In this document: positions 1 through 7,788 of the stretch, piece after piece | Layout of the letters: every line of letters begins with the position of its first letter | How positions within the stretch are numbered: position 1 is the first letter of the stretch | Source: Pyrobaculum aerophilum str. IM2 | GTDB lineage: Archaea > Thermoproteota > Thermoprotei > Thermoproteales > Thermoproteaceae | Length of the DNA stretch: 32,000 bases | Direction: 5' to 3' | NCBI RefSeq assembly: GCF_000007225.1 | Contig: NC_003364.1 | Span: 1,470,001 to 1,502,000, forward strand | Program-made: the position numbers and the translations under genes | Notes under the pieces: model-generated | Told to the model about the DNA's origin: nothing | The model's input: the letters and a program-made list of their open reading frames with translations, nothing else | Database searches by the model: none

Positions 1-96
1 TTAATACTAACATCCACAATATAACGTAAAATTATACTTCTAAATTTAAATATTGAAAGTTAAAAAATATATATATATATTTTTTATTTTGTTTAA

Positions 97-1365
97 TTAT
101 ATTCTTTCTATATATATTTTCTTCAGTCTTTTATAGAAAGCAACTTGCGAATTTATAAAATTCAAAAGATTTTCCTCAGAGACCTCCCCTTTTACTTTTA
201 TATATGCCACGGGCACTTCGCCGTATTCTGGATGCAGCTCGCCCACGACCTTAGCCTCCAAGACTGCGGGATGTCTCTTGAGGATTTCTTCTAAGTCGCG
301 CGGGAAAATGGGATAGCCTTTATACTTTATCATGCGCTTCTTCACCCCTTTGAAATATAAAAGGCCTTCTCTCTCCTCCAATATGTCGCCAGTCCTCAGC
401 CACCCATCTATAAACGCCCTCTTAGTCTCCTCCGGATCTTTATAACCGCGCATAACCCAAGGGGCCTTCACCGCCAGTTCTCCATCCTCTAAGAGCCTAA
501 TTTCCACAAGCGGCAGCGGGGCCCCCACGGAACCCTTGCCGTACGCGCTGGGAGGCTCAAAGGTGAGCACCAAGCCCTCCGTAAGGCCGTACACTTGCAA
601 AATCCTCACGCCAGTAACTTCCTCAAACCTCGCCCTTAAGTCGGGGGCTAAGTAGGCTCCGCCTGATACGGCGAATTTAGCCCCCAACTTCCCCACTCCT
701 ATTTTTAACACCTCGGCGTAAAAAGCCGGAGCCCCAACGATAACTGTTGCTTTGGAAAGCTCTTCGACGACATTAGGCGACAATTTCTTCATTAAACGCA
801 CCATGCCTCCCGCCGCCAGGGCGGCCATAGACGTGACCAGCCCCAGCACGTGGGTAATGGGCGCCGTGACGTACACCACGTCGGCTTTCTCAAGCCCCAT
901 GGCAAGAGCCAATGAATGGGCGTTGATCCAAAGAGACGAGGTTTTGTTTAAAACCTGCATGGTTCTTCCCGCGATCCCTGCGTAATACATTACAAACGTC
1001 GTGTCGTATGTCCAACCGCCACCATTTGGCGGGCTGTTTACAGAAAGCGTTTTATAATTTTTTAAAACCTCTGCGTTCTGTTGTAGAAATTCCTCATCTC
1101 CAACAATTAAATCCGGCGAAAAGTCCTCTATTATCATTTTCAAGTCTTCGGAGACGGTTAGGGGATCCACCAAGGCAACCTCCCCGCCGCCGTGTAATAG
1201 CCCCATAAGCGCGGCGTAAGACCACAGTGAATTCCTAGCGGCGAAAACAACTCTGCTGTTCAAAGCCCACTTAGTGGCCTTTTCGAACAACTCCCTATAG
1301 GTTAAACAGCTTTCCCCTTCACATATTGCTAATTTTCCGGAAAGCGTTACTGACCAAAACTTCAT
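97..1365 (-). CDS. ANL-superfamily (AMP-dependent synthetase/ligase-like) protein, short and divergent
   Basis: 422-aa ORF with adenylate-forming core motifs VYGLTEG and LRTGD and the hinge region GVKKRMIKYKG. The P-loop position reads YYAGIAGRTMQ rather than the usual T/S-S-G-T-T-G-x-P-K-G. The ORF stops after FYKRLKKIYIERI, before the usual PKTxSGK lysine motif. Confidence 0.75.
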   Translation of the reverse strand: MKFWSVTLSGKLAICEGESCLTYRELFEKATKWALNSRVVFAARNSLWSYAALMGLLHGGGEVALVDPLTVSEDLKMIIEDFSPDLIVGDEEFLQQNAEVLKNYKTLSVNSPPNGGGWTYDTTFVMYYAGIAGRTMQVLNKTSSLWINAHSLALAMGLEKADVVYVTAPITHVLGLVTSMAALAAGGMVRLMKKLSPNVVEELSKATVIVGAPAFYAEVLKIGVGKLGAKFAVSGGAYLAPDLRARFEEVTGVRILQVYGLTEGLVLTFEPPSAYGKGSVGAPLPLVEIRLLEDGELAVKAPWVMRGYKDPEETKRAFIDGWLRTGDILEEREGLLYFKGVKKRMIKYKGYPIFPRDLEEILKRHPAVLEAKVVGELHPEYGEVPVAYIKVKGEVSEENLLNFINSQVAFYKRLKKIYIERI

Positions 1366-1461
1366 AATAAAAGTATAGTGAGCATGAGTAATTAAAAAAC
1401 GTTATTCTAACTAGATAAGAAATTTAAAAGGGCAGTTTCGCGCGGGCTGAGAAGATATCCA

Positions 1462-2391
1462 CTAGCTATCCCGATCCCTCAGCCCCTTGACTCCCCCTAG
1501 GAGGATATCGATAGCTGGTAACACAGCACCGGCCTCGGATATGTCGCGCACCGGAGTAAGAGGAACGTCGTATTTCTCTGCCAGAGCGATTAAGTCGTCA
1601 CAACGCCGTTTTATCACTTCTTTTTTCACCTCATTAACTGCCGAGACGTCATACATACGGTTTATGAGATCCTCACGGCCAAGCATTTCGCAAAAACGCC
1701 TCCAGAATTTTTCCTCCACTGCGCCCAATGCAACGCGGCCTCCGGCGCACTCATAGGTGGTATAAAAGGGGTATTTGCCCGAGAGGGGGAGATCGCCTGT
1801 GTCTTTTAATAAGGCGAAATTCAGCAGATTTAACAAGTAGGCAACGCCCTCCATACTGACTTCCACATATCCCCGGCGTCCAGCGGCGACCGCCGCCGCT
1901 ATTATAAACGCGGCTAATAATCCCGTGGCTACGTCTACGCTCTGCGGAATAGGCGGCGCGTCGCGTATCAGTCCGGCCAGGCCTGCGAAATTAATGTCGT
2001 GGCCAGGGGAGTCTTTTTTCAAATACCCAACAATAGCTACGTACAATATATTCGGATTCGCGTCTTTCAAAGCCTCATACGATATGCCTAATCTCTTGGC
2101 CGTCGTCCTTCTAAAACTTGAAAGCACGGCCCTTGCCCCTTTTACTAAGTCGAAAAGCCTCTCCCTGTCCTCCTCCTGCCGGAGATCTAGATATACCACA
2201 GCTTTGCCCTCGTTAAGCCACTGATAAAGCGTTGGGCTAAGTCTTTTAACGGGATCTCCGCCCGGGGGCTCAACTTTAACAACATCAAAACCCCAGGTTG
2301 CAAGCAATCTCCCGGCTAGAGGGCCTGGATAGTGCCAGGCGAGCTCTATCACTCTACGCTCCTCCATGCCTCTATAAGCTCGGACGGGCAT
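1462..2391 (-). CDS. Family III CoA-transferase (CaiB/BaiF/alpha-methylacyl-CoA racemase-like)
   Basis: 309-aa ORF. RVIELAWHYPGPLAGRLLATWGFDVVKVEPPGGDP matches the family N-terminus, and SPGHDINFAGLAGL matches the GHDINY active-site Asp region. The likely true start is Met9 (ATG 2367..2365), which still overlaps the upstream thioesterase stop by 19 nt. The protein is shorter than typical family members. Confidence 0.8.
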   Translation of the reverse strand: MPVRAYRGMEERRVIELAWHYPGPLAGRLLATWGFDVVKVEPPGGDPVKRLSPTLYQWLNEGKAVVYLDLRQEEDRERLFDLVKGARAVLSSFRRTTAKRLGISYEALKDANPNILYVAIVGYLKKDSPGHDINFAGLAGLIRDAPPIPQSVDVATGLLAAFIIAAAVAAGRRGYVEVSMEGVAYLLNLLNFALLKDTGDLPLSGKYPFYTTYECAGGRVALGAVEEKFWRRFCEMLGREDLINRMYDVSAVNEVKKEVIKRRCDDLIALAEKYDVPLTPVRDISEAGAVLPAIDILLGGVKGLRDRDS

Positions 2392-2744
2392 TTAGTTGAT
2401 TTAAGCCTTCCGCCTTCGTTTTCAACACAGACCGCCACTATATGGCCCGTCGCCGATAGAAGGCCCGTAGTCTCGTTGTATATCTCAAAGCCGTATTTAA
2501 CGGCCTTTTCCCTGAGCTCTAAAGGCCTCAACACTACGCGGGCCACGTCGCCTCGCCTCAGCGGCGATTTAAACACGGCGTAGGCCTCCACCCTCGGCAT
2601 TCTGCCGTGCACTTCCAGAACTCCCTTGGCTCTATACAGCTCCTCCTCGGCGTGTTCCACAATGGAGAAGAACTCCGAGAAGTGGACTATACCTGCCGCG
2701 TCTGTCTGGGACCAATATATATGGAACTTGATTTCAAAGGGCAT
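2349..2744 (-). CDS. 4HBT/YbgC-type hotdog-fold acyl-CoA thioesterase
   Basis: 131-aa ORF. The N-terminal IYWSQTDAAGIVHFSEFFSIVEHAEEELYR matches the YbgC/4-hydroxybenzoyl-CoA thioesterase pattern, including the catalytic Asp. An AT-rich promoter spacer lies upstream. Confidence 0.8.
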   Translation of the reverse strand: MPFEIKFHIYWSQTDAAGIVHFSEFFSIVEHAEEELYRAKGVLEVHGRMPRVEAYAVFKSPLRRGDVARVVLRPLELREKAVKYGFEIYNETTGLLSATGHIVAVCVENEGGRLKSTKCPSELIEAWRSVE

Positions 2745-2962
2745 AATAAACTCTCAATAAAAATGAAATTAAATTTCTTATTGCGCGATATTTAAAGTAT
2801 TATTGCTTAGAAATAAATAATAGTTTTATAATGAAATATTAAATAGTATTAAATTATTATAAAAAATCTTTTAAAAATTAAAAATATATTTTCATAAAAA
2901 AGTTTTAAAGCCCAGAACTTATACAATAATAAACTTTATAAATAACTCCATGTGCCCATATC
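2745..2962. promoter_or_regulatory. AT-rich divergent promoter spacer (thioesterase operon <-> thiolase operon)
   Basis: 218 bp between divergent start codons, roughly 14% G+C by hand count. CTTTATAAATA sits about 25 nt upstream of ATG 2963. Confidence 0.55.
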
Positions 2963-4102
2963 ATGGTTTTAGCCTACTTAGTAGCCGCAGGCATGAGCAA
3001 GATAGGGAAAAGAGAAGAAGGTTCCCGCGAGTTAATCAATGAGGCTTTTGCCGAAATCGAGCCTCTAATTGATCCAAAAGAAATAGAGGCAGTATACGTG
3101 GGCGTGCAGTCTGAAACCTATGAGCACCAAATTATGTACGGCACACTAGCGGCAGAGGTTTTAGGCTTACTACCCAAGGAGGCGTATAGAGTCGAGGCGT
3201 GTGCCGCCGCTGGGGCATTGGCGTTTCATAACGCGGTAATGGCTGTTAAGTCTGGCCTTGTGGACGTGGCGCTTGCAGTTGGTGTTGAAAAAATGTCAGC
3301 TAAATCTACAGAGGAGGTGACTGATGCCTTAATGGCCGCAAGCGATTTAGTAGATCAATTAAGCGGAGTCACAATACCAGCCCATTATGCAATGATTGCC
3401 AGGAGGTATATGTATCAATACGGAGCCACAGAGGAGGATATGTGTAAAGTAGCCGTAAAAAACCATAAACACGCATTGGACAATCCCAAGGCTCATTTTA
3501 GAAAGCAAATCACTGTCGAGGAATGTCTTAATAGTCGGCCAATTGCCACTCCTCTTAAGCTATTAGACTCGGCGCCTATTAGCGATGGCGCTGCAGTTGC
3601 CGTTGTAGCCTCCGAGAGAGTTGCTCGCAAATATACAGACACGCCGATTAAGATACTGGCCTCAACTGTGGCCACAGATACCCTAAGTGTTTCTCAGAGA
3701 GAAGACATGACGTGGCCGTATGCTGTGTGGGAGGCGGCTCAAAGGGCTTATAGACAAGCAAAAGTAGAGCCCTCTCATATACAAGTAGCTGAAGTACACG
3801 ACGCCTTTACGATAAATGAAATTTTAATGTATGAGGCTTTGGGGTTTAGCAAGCGGGGCTCGGGATATATGCTGATACGAGAGGGGCAAACATATATAGG
3901 CGGAAAAATTGCGGTAAATCCCTCAGGCGGATTAAAGGCTAGGGGCCATCCCATAGGAGCTACAGGACTGGCCCAGATTTATGAATTATACTTACAATTA
4001 ACCGGCAGGGCGGGTTCTAGAAACACCGGGGCAGAACTGGGCCTTGCAGTTAATGAGGGAGGAGTTAATTCAGCAGTAGTTGTACATATATTGAAAGTAT
4101 GA
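2963..4102 (+). CDS. SCP-x/archaeal-type thiolase (acetyl-CoA C-acyltransferase), catalytically complete
   Basis: 379-aa ORF. The nucleophile Cys lies in RVEACAAAGALAF, followed by GVEKMS, and the C-terminal NPSGGLKARGHPIGATG carries the His. It is ATGA-coupled to the downstream DUF35 gene. Confidence 0.88.
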   Translation: MVLAYLVAAGMSKIGKREEGSRELINEAFAEIEPLIDPKEIEAVYVGVQSETYEHQIMYGTLAAEVLGLLPKEAYRVEACAAAGALAFHNAVMAVKSGLVDVALAVGVEKMSAKSTEEVTDALMAASDLVDQLSGVTIPAHYAMIARRYMYQYGATEEDMCKVAVKNHKHALDNPKAHFRKQITVEECLNSRPIATPLKLLDSAPISDGAAVAVVASERVARKYTDTPIKILASTVATDTLSVSQREDMTWPYAVWEAAQRAYRQAKVEPSHIQVAEVHDAFTINEILMYEALGFSKRGSGYMLIREGQTYIGGKIAVNPSGGLKARGHPIGATGLAQIYELYLQLTGRAGSRNTGAELGLAVNEGGVNSAVVVHILKV

Positions 4103-4443
4103 CATTATTGTTATTTAAAGCATTAAATGAAAATAGATTAGTAGGCTCTATATGTAAAAAATGTGGGTATGCCCACTTCCCGCCGTTAGAAAAATGTCCA
4201 AAATGCCGCGGTGAAAATGAGATAGTTGATGTGTCAAAGCACGGCGTGGTTCTAACATATAGCGAGGTTTATGTCTCAAACGGAATCTTTGAAACTCCAT
4301 ACACTGTTGCCATTGCCCAATTCGGAGCTTTTAAAATACCGGGAAGAGTAGTATCAAAAGTTAATATTGGAGATCCTGTTCAATGGGAAATAATAGAAAT
4401 AAAAAGAAGCCCTGGCCGTTGGTATATTTTCAAGAGGATATAA
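4099..4443 (+). CDS. DUF35 OB-fold / rubredoxin-like Zn-ribbon protein (thiolase partner)
   Basis: 114-aa ORF with a four-Cys ribbon, CKKCGYAHFPPLEKCPKC. It is ATGA-coupled (4099-4102) to the thiolase. Confidence 0.85.
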   Translation: MTLLLFKALNENRLVGSICKKCGYAHFPPLEKCPKCRGENEIVDVSKHGVVLTYSEVYVSNGIFETPYTVAIAQFGAFKIPGRVVSKVNIGDPVQWEIIEIKRSPGRWYIFKRI

Positions 4444-6277
4444 TTTTAACTTCTTCTAATGCCCTTTTCACTTCATCTATTGACGCCTCGTCCTCTAAAG
4501 TCGAGATATCACCTATTTCACCGCCGCTAATTAAAGCCCTCAAAACTCTTCGCATAATCTTGCCTGTCCTAGTCTTAGGTAGTTTATTTACTACATAAAC
4601 TTTAGATACTACGGCAACTGGGCCGAACTCCCTCTTAAGAAATTCTACTACTTCTTGAGAGTTTATTCTCACCCCCTCTTTAGGCACTACAAAAATAGCC
4701 AAGGTAGTTCCCTTAATTTCATCGGGAACTCCTACCGTAGCCGCTTCAACAACGCCGGGGAATGTTGCAACTATATTTTCAACCTCAGCAGGGCTTAATC
4801 GATGGCCAGCTATTTTGATGACATCATCCGCCCGCCCGAGTATATAGATGTATCCCTCTTCATCTTTTATGCCAACGTCGCCAGTATAGTACACTCCCGG
4901 AAATTTTGACCAATACGCCTCAATCCACCTCGCTGGATTTCCCCATATGCCCAATGCGAACGCCGGCGGTGTAGGCGGTAATATAACAACATGGCCTTTT
5001 GCGCCAGGCGGAAGCTCTTGACCATTATCGTCATATATTCTTACATCAATTCCTGGATATGGAAGACCTACACTCCCTTCTTTGTATCTAATCCCCCCGA
5101 CTCCATAACCTCCAGGTGCTGCAATAAAGCCAGAGTTTTCGGTCTGTCCCCACGTCTCCACCACGTGGCACCCCTGCCGGTTTTTACACACATGGCTTTT
5201 TAGCCACTTCCAAGCCTCTTTTCCTAAAATTTCGCCTGCGCTCACCACCATTTTTAAACTCTCAAGAGAATACTTAGCGGGCCACTCCTCGCCATATCTC
5301 ATTAATAGCCTCACGGCCGTGGGGGAAAGCCATATAAACGTCGCCTTACTTCTGTCAACAATTTCCCACCACACGCCCGGGTGCGGGTAATCGGGCGCAT
5401 CTTCATACCACACAACGGTGGAGCCGTTTAATAACGGCCCATAGAGCCCATAAGTATGTCCATTTATCCAACCTATATCAGCAGTGGAGAATAGAATATC
5501 TCCTTTTTCAAACCCAAAAAACCACTTAGTGTGCGCATAAGCCCACACCATATAGCTCCCGTGCCCGTGATAAATTCCCTTGGGCTTTCCGGTTGTTCCA
5601 GATGTGTAAAGAATAAAAAGCGGATCGTCAGATTTGACCCAGGTGTATTCAATTTCGCATTTTTCTAAGAGGTTTTCTGCCTGTACGAAATCGCCGTCTA
5701 TTTTTTCGCCCAGGTAATTAAATACAACTACTCTCGCGCTATCCGCCGCCTTTAATGCGATTTCAGCTAGCTTTATAACCTTTCCCCTCCTCCTCATTGC
5801 GTCTACTGTTAGGATAATCTTAGAGCCTGAGTCCAATATTCTTTCATGCAATGCTCTAACGCTGAAGCCTGAAAAAACGACGTTATGTACTGCGCCTATT
5901 TTTGCAACAGCTAACATGGCATATGCCGCCTGTGGAATCATGGGCATGTATATAGTTACTCTATCGCCTTGTTGTACGCCAGCTTTTTTCAATAGACACG
6001 CCCACTTATTAACCTCTTGAGATAATTCACCATATGTAATTATGTGCGGCTTTAATTCGGAGTTGAACCATATAATAGCTGGTTTATCTTTTGAATGACG
6101 TTCTAGGATATTATACGTAATATTTGTAACGCCTCCTACAAACCACCGGTAAAAAGGCGGATTTGAGCCGTCTAATGGCTTTTCCCATTTTTTCTTCCAG
6201 AAGAGCTCTTTAGCTACAGATTCCCAGAAAATCTCAGGATAACTGATAGACTTCCTCCAGAACTCAATATAATCCAT
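4430..6277 (-). CDS. Acetyl-CoA synthetase-family AMP-forming acyl-CoA synthetase
   Basis: 615-aa ORF with YTSGTTGKPKG, WGQTE, YYTGD and LPKTRTGKIMRRVLR motifs and an ACS-type N-terminus (FWESVAKELFW...WFVGGVTNITYNILERH). A TATA-like box lies about 23 nt upstream of ATG 6277. Substrate was not determined. Confidence 0.9.
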   Translation of the reverse strand: MDYIEFWRKSISYPEIFWESVAKELFWKKKWEKPLDGSNPPFYRWFVGGVTNITYNILERHSKDKPAIIWFNSELKPHIITYGELSQEVNKWACLLKKAGVQQGDRVTIYMPMIPQAAYAMLAVAKIGAVHNVVFSGFSVRALHERILDSGSKIILTVDAMRRRGKVIKLAEIALKAADSARVVVFNYLGEKIDGDFVQAENLLEKCEIEYTWVKSDDPLFILYTSGTTGKPKGIYHGHGSYMVWAYAHTKWFFGFEKGDILFSTADIGWINGHTYGLYGPLLNGSTVVWYEDAPDYPHPGVWWEIVDRSKATFIWLSPTAVRLLMRYGEEWPAKYSLESLKMVVSAGEILGKEAWKWLKSHVCKNRQGCHVVETWGQTENSGFIAAPGGYGVGGIRYKEGSVGLPYPGIDVRIYDDNGQELPPGAKGHVVILPPTPPAFALGIWGNPARWIEAYWSKFPGVYYTGDVGIKDEEGYIYILGRADDVIKIAGHRLSPAEVENIVATFPGVVEAATVGVPDEIKGTTLAIFVVPKEGVRINSQEVVEFLKREFGPVAVVSKVYVVNKLPKTRTGKIMRRVLRALISGGEIGDISTLEDEASIDEVKRALEEVKIISS

Positions 6278-6645
6278 AAGTGGAGAGATAATTTATTTTT
6301 ATAAAGACATTTTATAGTGAAAAATTAACAACTATTATGAAAGATTATATAAAATGTAGATTTTGAGAATATTTTATATAAATTGTAATTTTAAGTATAA
6401 TAAAATAATAATTATTAACATTATTTATAGATAGAATCTTTTAAATGTTTTAATTAACGGTTGTAATCATAAAGCATTATTCTAATCTATTTAATTTGTC
6501 TAAAAATTTTGTATAAATACATTATATTATCATTTAATTATTACTAAATTATACTAAATTTTATTATCTGTTTTACTTGGTTAAATAGAAAAAATAGCGA
6601 TTTAGCAGAGATGATAATTAAATTTTAAATTTACAAATTTGAAAA
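6278..6645. promoter_or_regulatory. Very AT-rich 368-bp divergent spacer
   Basis: About 15% G+C by hand count over 6301-6645. It contains TATA-like boxes for both flanking genes (about 6291-6305 for the minus-strand gene, 6623-6632 for the plus-strand gene) and a short direct repeat, ACTAAATT x2, near 6543-6562. Confidence 0.5.
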
Positions 6646-6651
6646 TTGTAC

Positions 6652-7788
6652 ATGGGATGGTCTGAATATGAAGTGTCTTTAAAAATTATTAGAGAATTTG
6701 TAAACCAGTATGTAAGGACGCGGGCTAGGGATATTGATAGGGGCGCCTATCCCAGGGATATCATTAGGAAATTAGGTGAGCTCAACTTCCTCGCCCCCAC
6801 GTTGCCTCCGGAGTTTGGCGGCGCTGGCGCAGATACTCTAACTCACATACTAGTGGTGGAGGAGCTAGCTAGGGCCAGCCCTGGCGTGGCCACTATTATG
6901 GAGATACAGAGCTCTATGATTGCCGAAAATATATATCACAACGGGACGAAGAGAATGAAGGAGGAAATCCTGCCGAAAGTCGCCGCCGGAGAGGTAATCG
7001 TCGCCTTCGCCCTCTCGGAGCCTTGTTGCGGCTCAGACGCAGCGGCTATACGAACTAGGGCTGAGAAAATCGGCGGGGAGTGGGTTATAAACGGCCACAA
7101 GATGTGGATAACTAGCGGCTTATATGCAGACTACTACCTCCTCTTCGCGAGGACGGGCCCGCTTGAGGCGAGGCATAAGGCAATTACGGCGTTTTTAATA
7201 CCGCGGAGTAATTGTGTGGAGGCAACCCCCATTGAGGTAATGGGGGTGAGGGGCACTGGCACCGCCGAGGTAAAATTCAACAGCTGTAAAGCCGGCGACG
7301 AGGACGTAGTAGGCGAGGTGAACGGGGGATGGAGTGTGGCCATGTGGGGGATAAATATGGGGAGACTTAACGTAGGGGCCATAGGGCTGGGAATCGCCGA
7401 GGAGGCCTTTTACCAGGCGTATGATTACGCGCACAAGAGAGAGGCCTTTGGGAGGCTCATAGCGGATTTCCAAGCAATTCAGCACTACCTGGCGGAGATG
7501 TACGCAAGAGTAGAGGCGCTGAGGGCGTTAGTATACAAAACGGCTAAGATGCGGGACGAGAACCACCCAGATTTTCCGCTGTATGCCCAAGTGGCTAAGC
7601 TAATGGGCTCGCGTACTGCCGTTGAAACGGCCAGATTGGCGGTTCAAATTCTAGGCGGCTACGGCTACTCCACGGACTCCCATGTGGAGATGCTGTACCG
7701 CGACGCCAAAGTGACAGAGATCTACGAGGGGACAAATGAAATTATATTAAATACAATATATAAGTTCTTAAAGTCGAAATTTACTTAG
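6652..7788 (+). CDS. Acyl-CoA dehydrogenase (paralog 1)
   Basis: The ORF opens at 6646 (TTG) and the first ATG is at 6652, 24 nt downstream of TTTTAAATTT. The ACAD signature ALSEPCCGSDAAA and the C-terminal YEGTNEI catalytic-Glu motif are present. Confidence 0.9.
   Translation: MGWSEYEVSLKIIREFVNQYVRTRARDIDRGAYPRDIIRKLGELNFLAPTLPPEFGGAGADTLTHILVVEELARASPGVATIMEIQSSMIAENIYHNGTKRMKEEILPKVAAGEVIVAFALSEPCCGSDAAAIRTRAEKIGGEWVINGHKMWITSGLYADYYLLFARTGPLEARHKAITAFLIPRSNCVEATPIEVMGVRGTGTAEVKFNSCKAGDEDVVGEVNGGWSVAMWGINMGRLNVGAIGLGIAEEAFYQAYDYAHKREAFGRLIADFQAIQHYLAEMYARVEALRALVYKTAKMRDENHPDFPLYAQVAKLMGSRTAVETARLAVQILGGYGYSTDSHVEMLYRDAKVTEIYEGTNEIILNTIYKFLKSKFT

Noticed and set aside
6278-6645. The AT-rich spacer considered as a replication origin.
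   Set aside because: I found no recognisable origin-recognition-box repeats flanking it and no orc1/cdc6 gene nearby. It is reported only as a compositional oddity.
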